Shown here: positions 10,169-16,587 of the stretch, piece after piece | Layout: each line of letters starts with the position of its first letter | Position numbering within the stretch: position 1 is the stretch's first letter | Origin: an uncultured virus (IMG/VR IMGVR_UViG_3300037067_013691) | Taxonomy: Duplodnaviria > Heunggongvirae > Uroviricota > Caudoviricetes | DNA length: 20,000 nucleotides | Virus record (IMG/VR): IMGVR_UViG_3300037067_013691 | Direction: 5' to 3' (one strand) | Program-made: the position numbers and the translations under genes | The notes under the pieces: generated by a model | Databases searched by the model: none | The model's input: the letters and a program-made list of their open reading frames with translations, nothing else | What the model was told of the DNA's origin: nothing

Positions 10169-10201
10169 GGGGGTAGTTCCCTTTTATTGAGAACTACCCC
10201 C
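10169..10201 (-). terminator. Strong 11-bp hairpin downstream of the intron-split gene (stabiliser or leaky terminator)
   Basis: GGGGGTAGTTC (10169-10179) / GAACTACCCCC (10191-10201); no U-tract on the minus strand. Confidence 0.6.
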
Positions 10202-10217
10202 TTGACTTAAACTAAAC

Positions 10218-10914
10218 TTAAGTCAAACCCTGAGCAGCTTTGGCGATCAGGATAAATAGAAGGATTATAATTGCTAAAGCAACTACGATACCAACTATTT
10301 CGCATACCAAGGTCTCTTCGGTTGTAGACCAACCAGTGGTATTCTCGCAAAGAGAAGTGGCAATTCCCCTGACAACCTGAAATGAAATCATGCCGATTAC
10401 GCCACATACGATTATCTGTTACGATATTACTGTCAATATCGGCTAAATCATTTCTGTTTAGCTCTTTATGTTTCCATAAAGCTCGGACTATATCATTACC
10501 CTTAATGGGTAGAAAGCCCATAGTCTCTACACATTTATCAGACTTATCTGAATTTAGCTCGGTATTAGCATGGCATTCAGCTTTAGCTTTCACCGAATTC
10601 GCTTTCTGCACCTTACCAATTACTCGATAAGGGGGCTGGCTTTTGTCAACCATCATCAGCATTACGCAATCTGTTACCACATATCCATTTTGATATGTGA
10701 CTAACTTATTTCTAGTTAGTTCACTATGTTTCCATAGTGTTCCGAGCACACCTTCATCCAATTTGGATGCCTCGTATCTGCTCTGTACGCATTTATCAAC
10801 TTGCGTTGAATTTAGTTCGGGATTCCCATGCCCAAAAGGTTTAGGGTCAACCGAGTTAGCGAGGTGCATCTGCCCAGTTACCTGAACAGAGGGCCTAATG
10901 ACCTGTCCAATCAT
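10218..10914 (-). CDS. Spliced 72-aa two-helix membrane protein, putative major virion protein; exons 10914-10901, 10666-10649, 10404-10218
   Basis: The joined exons (219 nt) read MIGQVVMLMMVGVIGMISFQVVRGIATSLCENTTGWSTTEETLVCEIVGIVVALAIIILLFILIAKAAQGLT*. Junctions were predicted from P1/P10 pairings. The last 3' splice site is the least certain. Confidence 0.75.
10405..10648 (-). ncRNA. Group I self-splicing intron 2 (~244 nt, no ORF)
   Basis: P1 GGU|UGAC-AAAA-GCCAGCC with U.G wobble; P2 CCUUAUCGA-GUAA-UUGGUAAGG; P3 AGAAAGC/GCUUUCU; P4 UUCGGU/ACCGAG; P7 GAGACUA/UAGUCC; P8 ACCC/GGGU; P9 CUUUAUG-GAAA-CAUAAAG; P9.1 and P9.2 hairpins; P10 UGGC/GCCA. Confidence 0.9.
10667..10900 (-). ncRNA. Group I self-splicing intron 1 (234 nt, no ORF)
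   Basis: P1 GGU|C-AUUA-GGCC; P2 UCUGUUCAG-GUAA-CUGGGCAGA; P3 CCUCG/CGAGG; P6a UCAAC-GCAA-GUUGA; P7 CAGAGCA/UGCUCG; P8 CAUCC/GGAUG; P9 CACUAUG-GAAA-CAUAGUG; P9.2 CACAUAUC/GAUAUGUG; ends GUAACAGAUUG; P10 UAAUG/CAUUA. Confidence 0.88.
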
Positions 10915-10961
10915 GTTATTATATTCCTAAGAATCCTACCGATTCGTGCAAACGCAAACAT
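10911..10961 (-). CDS. 16-aa leader ORF (MFAFARIGRILRNIIT) coupled to the intron-split gene
   Basis: Strong SD AAAAGGAGG 9 nt before the ATG at 10961; its TGA overlaps the ATG at 10914 (ATGA). Confidence 0.5.
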   Translation of the reverse strand: MFAFARIGRILRNIIT

Positions 10962-11133
10962 TTAAGTTTGCCTCCTTTTAAGTTAATACCTGTACGATTT
11001 AAACGATAATTTCTTCTCATTTCCACAAATAGATAACAGGATAGGCACAAATAAATAAATTGAATTAATGCCTAGGCTTGCGGAAACTGTTTTTGACAAT
11101 TAATAAATTGTACTAAGAAGAAATAAATCTCGT

Positions 11134-11217
11134 TTATACGTAAACTTTTCGCCCTTTGCGCATACGATACTTTCCACCACGTTTGCCAGTATGAAGTTTA
11201 CCTTTCTTACGAGCCAT
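11134..11217 (-). CDS. 27-aa basic peptide MARKKGKLHTGKRGGKYRMRKGRKVYV (resembles the PBCV basic adaptor motif TGxRGGKY..G.KVYV)
   Basis: Hand translation. First ORF after the promoter at 11306-11334; AGGGA SD. Confidence 0.65.
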   Translation of the reverse strand: MARKKGKLHTGKRGGKYRMRKGRKVYV

Positions 11218-11305
11218 TTATTTCCCTAGAAGAGCCAAACTGACTCATGCAAATTCGCTGATTAGCGAAATAGGAATTAGATTTAAAATAACCTAACATA
11301 ATATT

Positions 11306-11334
11306 ATGTTATCATGTATTTTGCAGGTTGTCAA
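11306..11334 (-). promoter_or_regulatory. Sigma70-type promoter of the structural operon
   Basis: TTGACA-17 bp-(TGa)TAACAT. The -35 overlaps the endonuclease stop codon, and an 18-bp perfect palindrome (11294-11311) covers the -10/+1 region. Confidence 0.7.
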
Positions 11335-12389
11335 GTAGTAATGTTTTTGAAATTTAATGGATAATGGAGCATCTCATTTTCATACATCTCATTGTTAATA
11401 GGATTCAATCTATTCGTATATTCTCTCAATTTATCTATATTAGTCATCTTAAATAATAAAGCCACGAGGGGTTTGGTGATATATTTAAACTTATCACAAT
11501 TCCTTTTAAAAGTAATTGTATTCTCGTTAACTATTCCCAAACCTTCTTCCCTTACATTAATTATAAATATTCCCTTACCTTTAAAATGTTGCACCTTCTC
11601 CCTATCTTTATCTTCTTTGCCATTATGCCACCTACCCCCATCTATCTCTATACCGACATTAATACAAGGAATATATAGGTCACACTCTACTTTATCTATT
11701 TTTATTCTATGCTGAATATCAGGAAAATAATGATATAACTCACAAAAAGCAAATATTTCTAACCTAGATGTTTGATTATTACATTTTGGGCAACCATATC
11801 CTGCAACCCTATTCCACACAGTACATAAATATTCATGCCCATTTACACATTTCCACCAAACTTTACGGTTACTACCACTAGATATATTATATATAGTTAA
11901 TGGATAATTCTTTCCTACTATCCATTGACTTGCTAAATTGGGGTATTTTGATGCCAACGAATTACTATCATCTACTTTCTTCCCATCACAATAAGGACAC
12001 CCTTGCCTATTCTTACCAACCCTACTACTAATCCTTGCCAGATAACTATGTCCTTCCTCACATTTCCAACTCACTGTCTTAAAACTTCCTCGTGTTACCA
12101 TATTAGGCTTTAGTTTATCATTCTCCTCATAATCCCATTCCTTACATAATTCAGGTTCACAAGATAACAATGAATTAGTATCACTAACTTTCCTATTCTT
12201 ACAATAAGGGCATCCAGAAGCTCTTAATTTAGTTCTACTATCAATCCTTGCATCCCAAATATGCCCATTATTACATATCCACTCTGCACTCTTATTAGAA
12301 TTAGTCATTACCTCATCAAACAATTTCTCGTTCTTTGGACTCCACTGACTACGCAATTCTGGAAAATTATCTCTAAGTAATCCCTTCAT
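11331..12389 (-). CDS. Free-standing putative homing endonuclease: three treble-clef zinc-ribbon repeats plus a Vsr/DUF559-like nuclease domain
   Basis: Three W.C..GH.[WY]...R....CP.C repeats (DUF4379-like); C-terminal SRLE..ECDLYIP..GIEIDGGRWH..DREK (EDxHD-type catalytic motif). Confidence 0.8.
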   Translation of the reverse strand: MKGLLRDNFPELRSQWSPKNEKLFDEVMTNSNKSAEWICNNGHIWDARIDSRTKLRASGCPYCKNRKVSDTNSLLSCEPELCKEWDYEENDKLKPNMVTRGSFKTVSWKCEEGHSYLARISSRVGKNRQGCPYCDGKKVDDSNSLASKYPNLASQWIVGKNYPLTIYNISSGSNRKVWWKCVNGHEYLCTVWNRVAGYGCPKCNNQTSRLEIFAFCELYHYFPDIQHRIKIDKVECDLYIPCINVGIEIDGGRWHNGKEDKDREKVQHFKGKGIFIINVREEGLGIVNENTITFKRNCDKFKYITKPLVALLFKMTNIDKLREYTNRLNPINNEMYENEMLHYPLNFKNITT

Positions 12390-12396
12390 GTTAAAT

Positions 12397-12425
12397 AGTA
12401 TAACACATTATACTTCTATTGTAAA
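12397..12425 (-). promoter_or_regulatory. Promoter for a probably leaderless endonuclease mRNA, overlapped by a palindromic operator
   Basis: TTTACA-17 bp-(TGt)TATACT ends 7 nt before the ATG at 12389; no SD; AGTATAA-CACA-TTATACT palindrome at 12397-12414. Confidence 0.65.
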
Positions 12426-12458
12426 CAAAAGGAGCGTGGTTTTAATGCTACGCCCTTT
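12423..12458 (-). terminator. Probable intrinsic terminator after the lipoprotein gene
   Basis: Imperfect stem GGGCGU/ACGCUC followed by CUUUUGUUU on the minus strand. Confidence 0.5.
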
Positions 12459-12480
12459 CTATTAAGAATATAGAAAATGG

Positions 12481-13269
12481 CTATAGGCTACGCCAGTTAA
12501 CTGACCCCACTATATCCCAAATTCTTGCATCAACAGAAGAGTTCAATTGTATACATACCAAGAGGTCTATTGTTGAATTGGCAGATATCTGAATTTCACC
12601 ACTTCCTGCACCATTCAGGTGAGTAGGGATTAAGACAACACTACTGGTAGTTCCTGTGGCAGAGAAATCAGAATCTATATAGTTACCTGCATTTCCCCCA
12701 ATTGTTAGAGCTAAACTTGATCCATCCAATGCAGTACTTAATGGTGACTGTCCAGTATGCAAATTAACATTTATAATTGGCCTTACATATACCCAAGTAC
12801 TAGTAGTATTCTGAACTTTCATAGTGAAGCATACTTGCGAACTTCCCAATACTTGTACATTACTTGGGTTAGTTAACCATGTTACGCCACCACTTTCTGA
12901 CGGTGTAATTCCACCACCACTAGTATTCCAAGGTTTTTCATTCTTCAATGCCGTTATAGCATTATTTACTGCTGTGGAAATAGCAGTATCAACTTCTACT
13001 CTCTTATAATATCCTGATAAATCTGGAGCAGTTCCCTGATTTATCTTAGAAATACGGTCATTGATATCATTTATTGCTGATTTTGATGCCTTACCTTCAT
13101 CTAATGAAGTAATTGAAGATTTTATTTTAGATATCTCAGAGTCCTGCTCTGTATCCTTGGCTGAAACCGTTGCTACCGCAGGTTTAGTGGGTAAACAACC
13201 TAACCCCACTACCCCAATAATCAAAATTGCACACAGAATTAAAATAGACTTTCTCAAAAGTACCTCCAC
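12481..13269 (-). CDS. Putative lipoprotein with a coiled coil and a C-terminal beta domain (start probably TTG at 13257)
   Basis: RK + hydrophobic stretch + GLGC lipobox-like motif; GGAGG precedes the TTG; fibre-like DLSGYYKRVEVD motif. Confidence 0.7.
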   Translation of the reverse strand: MEVLLRKSILILCAILIIGVVGLGCLPTKPAVATVSAKDTEQDSEISKIKSSITSLDEGKASKSAINDINDRISKINQGTAPDLSGYYKRVEVDTAISTAVNNAITALKNEKPWNTSGGGITPSESGGVTWLTNPSNVQVLGSSQVCFTMKVQNTTSTWVYVRPIINVNLHTGQSPLSTALDGSSLALTIGGNAGNYIDSDFSATGTTSSVVLIPTHLNGAGSGEIQISANSTIDLLVCIQLNSSVDARIWDIVGSVNWRSL

Positions 13270-13302
13270 TCAAAATAGTATATTATATTCTGAACTATAT
13301 AT

Positions 13303-13332
13303 ATCATATATTATATTAAACATCTGTGTCAA
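13303..13332 (-). promoter_or_regulatory. Leftward promoter of the divergent region
   Basis: TTGACA-18 bp-TATGAT on the minus strand. Confidence 0.45.
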
Positions 13333-13361
13333 AATTTATAATATATTATTCACAATACCTA

Positions 13362-13390
13362 TTGACAACCACTGTATAATGTGTTATATT
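13362..13390 (+). promoter_or_regulatory. Rightward early promoter with operator
   Basis: TTGACA-17 bp-(TGt)TATATT; TATAA-TGTG-TTATA palindrome at 13375-13388; downstream SD TAAGGAG. Confidence 0.75.
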
Positions 13391-13417
13391 CTTATATACA
13401 TTAAATAAGGAGTTCTA

Positions 13418-14056
13418 GTGGATAATCTTCAATCAGCCCAACAAGCAATAGAAGCAATACAGGAAAGGAATTCTGACCTTGTAAAGTATTTTCAGAATAC
13501 ACAGATAACTTCGGTGCAAGAGCAGAAGGCAACCGAAGAGAACCTTGCATCAGCACTTTTCACTTATAAAAAACTTAAAGATACCCAAGATGGGCTATTG
13601 AATCCATTACATGAAACAGAAAAGGGTATTAAAGCTCTCTTTAAGCCTGTACTAGACCAGTATACTAATGCTATAAATAAATGGAGAGATGGTTTAAAAG
13701 ATTGGAGAGCTTCCCAAAAGCAATTAACTGAAGCAAATATTGTACAACAAGCACAGGATTATTGGAATAAGAGAAAGGAAGCTGAAAAAACTGGCGAGGT
13801 AGTTCCTTTACCAGACCTTGGAACTTCAATTATCGCTAAAACATCCTATCATAATATGGGTAGTACATCTTATCGTAAACACATAAAGGTAAGTATCATA
13901 TTCCCTAATTTAGTTCCAAGAAAATATTGTGTACCATCTGAATCACTTCTAAGAAAGGAAACAGAACTTGCGCTAGAGCAAGGGAATCCAATTCCTCTAA
14001 TTGAAGGGGCTATAATAGAAATTGAAGAAATACCAGTAAATATAAAGGCAAAATAA
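13418..14056 (+). CDS. Coiled-coil phage protein with a Gp157-like C-terminus
   Basis: Long helical N-terminus; C-terminal VPRKYCVPSE..IEGA resembles the vP.ey...IPG motif of Gp157-like phage proteins. Confidence 0.6.
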   Translation: MDNLQSAQQAIEAIQERNSDLVKYFQNTQITSVQEQKATEENLASALFTYKKLKDTQDGLLNPLHETEKGIKALFKPVLDQYTNAINKWRDGLKDWRASQKQLTEANIVQQAQDYWNKRKEAEKTGEVVPLPDLGTSIIAKTSYHNMGSTSYRKHIKVSIIFPNLVPRKYCVPSESLLRKETELALEQGNPIPLIEGAIIEIEEIPVNIKAK

Positions 14057-14075
14057 ATAAAAGTGAGGTAAAGAT

Positions 14076-14252
14076 ATGAAACTAATAATTGAACCTACAC
14101 CAGCGGATGCAATTGTCTATAAAGTACCAAACAAAGAAATTACATTAGACCCTTCTAAAATATGGGTACTTAATATCGGTAAAGATGGTAAATGGCATGT
14201 CTACACTATGACTGATATATCCTTTGATTCTTATGAGAAGGTAACAATATGA
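14076..14252 (+). CDS. Hypothetical protein (58 aa)
   Basis: GAGGT SD; MKLIIEPTP...EKVTI; ATGA overlap with the next ORF. Confidence 0.7.
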   Translation: MKLIIEPTPADAIVYKVPNKEITLDPSKIWVLNIGKDGKWHVYTMTDISFDSYEKVTI

Positions 14253-14377
14253 AAGGATTAGAAGAAAAAATAGAACATACCAGAGTGCAACTTTGCCATG
14301 CTGAATTTAAGGTCTACCAATTACAAGTTAAATTACAAAACTTGGTAGATGGATTTCAGGAGGAAAAATCTAAATGA
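14249..14377 (+). CDS. Hypothetical coiled-coil peptide (42 aa)
   Basis: ATGA overlaps at both ends; MKGLEEKIEH...EEKSK. Confidence 0.65.
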   Translation: MKGLEEKIEHTRVQLCHAEFKVYQLQVKLQNLVDGFQEEKSK

Positions 14378-14571
14378 GTTCACAAACAATTATGCCGAAT
14401 ACAATAATTCACTGTAAGAATGTATCTTGCCAATTAACTTTTACTATCATTGCATATTCATTTAATGATAGGCAATGTACTGTAATTGACCAATGCAAGA
14501 CTATTGATTTTACGGGAAAAACTCAACTGTTTTGCCCTTGTTGCGGTATGGAGATCAAATCTAATGAGTGA
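14374..14571 (+). CDS. Small zinc-finger protein (65 aa)
   Basis: CKNVSC...CPCCG; GGAGG SD. Confidence 0.7.
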   Translation: MSSQTIMPNTIIHCKNVSCQLTFTIIAYSFNDRQCTVIDQCKTIDFTGKTQLFCPCCGMEIKSNE

Positions 14572-14818
14572 GATATTAGAGGAACAAGATAGGTTAGCGT
14601 ATCCTGTACACGAACATCCACATGGAGTCGAAAATACATCCCCAAGCGAGTATAGAGCATGGATATGTGTAGATTGTATGCACGTTTTCAGCGATACTGA
14701 AATTAGAGATGATATATCCAAAGGTTGGGGACACTCATGTAAATCACATCCATGTAGAAAAGGTCAGCGGTGTGAAAGCCATCTTGAACCATATATACCA
14801 AGCATAAGGAGTATCTAA
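14564..14818 (+). CDS. Cys/His-rich hypothetical protein (84 aa, true start MSEIL)
   Basis: GGAG SD before the ATG at 14564; CVDC, HSC and RCESH motifs. Confidence 0.7.
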   Translation: MSEILEEQDRLAYPVHEHPHGVENTSPSEYRAWICVDCMHVFSDTEIRDDISKGWGHSCKSHPCRKGQRCESHLEPYIPSIRSI

Positions 14819-15438
14819 TGAGTGAGATATTAAGTGCAGAGGAAACGTTGTTGCAACCAGATTACATATTAGGTTTATTATCAACAATCATTGATGGGAA
14901 ACACAAAACATTTGGTGATATATTCGATAAACTTAGTAAAGCAATGTTACAAGCCAATTTGTCCCAAGCTAAAGAAACCCATTACAAAGTTTCTCAATAC
15001 TACGAATCCGTAGTTATCCCTGCCCGAATAGCCGAGGCAACAGGACGTACGCCTGACGATACAAAAGATAGTGATGAATTTTGGGAGCCAATCATATACA
15101 AGGATGGCAAGATTGATGAAGAACAAGTCCTAAAAGAATTAGCAGACTTCTATTTTATGATGGAACAAGTACCAAAAGTTTATGACACTATCACTAATGG
15201 ATTATTATCAAAGCCACTCTATAAAGCCGAGGTGGTCATAGGTAAAGCACAGGATTGTGCCCAATATGATATTGAGGAAGCCATAGCCGAGGAAAAGAAG
15301 CGAATATTTGCAGAGATAGAGAAATTTCATATTGCTAGTTGCCAACTTACAGTCCATCGGTATGAGTGCAAGGATTGTCCATCATCAGATTTTATATGTA
15401 ACTGGCAACAACTCAAGAAGCAGGAAGGTGTGGCATGA
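14818..15438 (+). CDS. Hypothetical phage protein (206 aa)
   Basis: ORF track. TAAGGAG SD; TAATG overlap. Confidence 0.75.
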   Translation: MSEILSAEETLLQPDYILGLLSTIIDGKHKTFGDIFDKLSKAMLQANLSQAKETHYKVSQYYESVVIPARIAEATGRTPDDTKDSDEFWEPIIYKDGKIDEEQVLKELADFYFMMEQVPKVYDTITNGLLSKPLYKAEVVIGKAQDCAQYDIEEAIAEEKKRIFAEIEKFHIASCQLTVHRYECKDCPSSDFICNWQQLKKQEGVA

Positions 15439-15617
15439 ATAATCAAAAACTAGCATGGTACATTCTTGATGAGATAGCAGTTATGTGTAGCAGTAAACAT
15501 ATTGGCAGAGATTGCCCTATATGTGACCGAGCAGTTGAAGCCATGAAATTACTTGAAAAACCAACTCCTGATGAATGTAATAGGTTTTATAAAGAGCGTA
15601 TCTTACTAGGAGAGTGA
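15435..15617 (+). CDS. Hypothetical protein (60 aa, CPIC motif)
   Basis: Overlap-coupled at both ends. Confidence 0.65.
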   Translation: MNNQKLAWYILDEIAVMCSSKHIGRDCPICDRAVEAMKLLEKPTPDECNRFYKERILLGE

Positions 15618-15829
15618 AGATGGAGATAAATAACCCGTTTGATGAAAACAGTGTTACTAACTACGCTTTCAATGAAGGTTACCAAGCTAAAGAAGAAGCT
15701 ATGATTAAGTGGCTGTTTGAGAAGTGTGATGAGCATGCTTCTCAAGTACGAAATGGGAAGCTGTACTTTTCCAATAAACACCATCAATGTTTTATCTGCA
15801 TGAATAATCTAAAGGAAGGAAAGATATGA
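15614..15829 (+). CDS. Hypothetical protein (about 70 aa, C..H..C..C)
   Basis: Overlap-coupled; AGGAG SD. Confidence 0.65.
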   Translation: MKMEINNPFDENSVTNYAFNEGYQAKEEAMIKWLFEKCDEHASQVRNGKLYFSNKHHQCFICMNNLKEGKI

Positions 15830-16026
15830 GTATGTGTCCGTTAATGTTATTGGCAGCAACTATATGGAATAGTGGAGAACACGAAGTCTCTATGTCCAGT
15901 GATTATGTTGGTGAAAAATGTGCTTGGAGCGAGCGAGGTACTAAAAAGGATGGATGGTTAGATATAATTTGCAGTATAAGTCATCAAGTTGTAGGGCAAA
16001 AGGACGAGAGGTATTACCGTGAATAA
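15826..16026 (+). CDS. Hypothetical protein (66 aa, CPL..CAW motif)
   Basis: ATGA overlap; Cys motif common in small phage ORFs. Confidence 0.6.
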   Translation: MSMCPLMLLAATIWNSGEHEVSMSSDYVGEKCAWSERGTKKDGWLDIICSISHQVVGQKDERYYRE

Positions 16027-16312
16027 AGTTAGAATAGTAAAGAGTGGAGCAGAACCAGTCATTATTGAAAAACCAGGTAAACATATTCGCAAGTTTAATA
16101 TCGAAAATACCTTATCCATCCAATCTCCCTTCACCACTGAGGAACTGGCTGTAATGGCTGGATGGAGTAATAAAAAATGGAATGAGGTCTTTGGTTTATA
16201 TTTAGTCAACGAGTTTCATGGGGCTGGTTTCAACTTAGCCGATACGTTACTGGTTACGGGTAAACCATTCTTTGACTATCTCCATGAACAGATTAAGAAG
16301 GAGGTGAAATGA
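16019..16312 (+). CDS. Hypothetical protein (97 aa)
   Basis: GAGGT SD; overlap-coupled. Confidence 0.65.
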   Translation: MNKVRIVKSGAEPVIIEKPGKHIRKFNIENTLSIQSPFTTEELAVMAGWSNKKWNEVFGLYLVNEFHGAGFNLADTLLVTGKPFFDYLHEQIKKEVK

Positions 16313-16527
16313 GTAATACAATAACAGGAAGTAAAGCAACTAAACTTTTAGGAATTTCCCACCAAGCTTTTGCTTCATTAATTAAACGTAATCGTTTAAA
16401 GGCACAGAAAATAGATAGACACTATACATTAACACACAATGACCTAGAAAACTACATAAAATTGCGCTTATCAGAACTGAAAAAGGAGACTGATGAACTC
16501 GCAGACATCTTAAACTATCTTCAATAG
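16309..16527 (+). CDS. Excisionase/MerR-like (HTH_17-type) DNA-binding protein
   Basis: IT..KATKLLGIS...ASLIKRNRLKAQKI...Y.L...DLENYI; GGAGGTG SD. Confidence 0.75.
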   Translation: MSNTITGSKATKLLGISHQAFASLIKRNRLKAQKIDRHYTLTHNDLENYIKLRLSELKKETDELADILNYLQ

Positions 16528-16530
16528 GTA

Positions 16531-16568
16531 TTGACAACCACTTACTTTAGCAGTATAATATGTTATAC
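16531..16568 (+). promoter_or_regulatory. Consensus sigma70 promoter with operator
   Basis: TTGACA-17 bp-TATAAT (perfect consensus); GTATAA-TATG-TTATAC palindrome at 16553-16568. Confidence 0.85.
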
Positions 16569-16587
16569 ATTGAATAAGGAGTTAAAA

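Noticed and set aside
10207..10914. 235-aa ORF with an apparent internal repeat as a genuine protein
   Set aside because: The repeat is two related group I intron cores, and the 3' part is better explained by the hydrophobic protein in another frame.
10667..10961. Splicing from the leader ORF to give a Flp-prepilin-like RILRNADDG N-terminus
   Set aside because: It needs a 5' splice site without a workable P1, whereas the GGU|C-AUUA-GGCC P1 sits directly before P2.
10919..11020. 33-aa minus-strand ORF MRRNYRLNRTG...
   Set aside because: Weak SD, and it runs across the strong SD/leader in another frame; not supportable.
4372..13408. Plus-strand ORFs 4372, 10382, 10697, 11392, 12824 and 13061
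   Set aside because: Antisense to well-supported minus-strand genes or introns.
14486..14563. N-terminal extension of the 110-aa ORF
   Set aside because: Overlaps the upstream zinc-finger gene; the SD supports the ATG at 14564.
11306..16559. Archaeal host
   Set aside because: Repeated TTGACA-17 bp-TAnnnT promoters fit bacterial sigma70; not absolutely excluded.
16531..16587. N-terminal extension of the 73-aa ORF
   Set aside because: The TTG is the -35 box of a consensus promoter; the SD points to the ATG at 16588.
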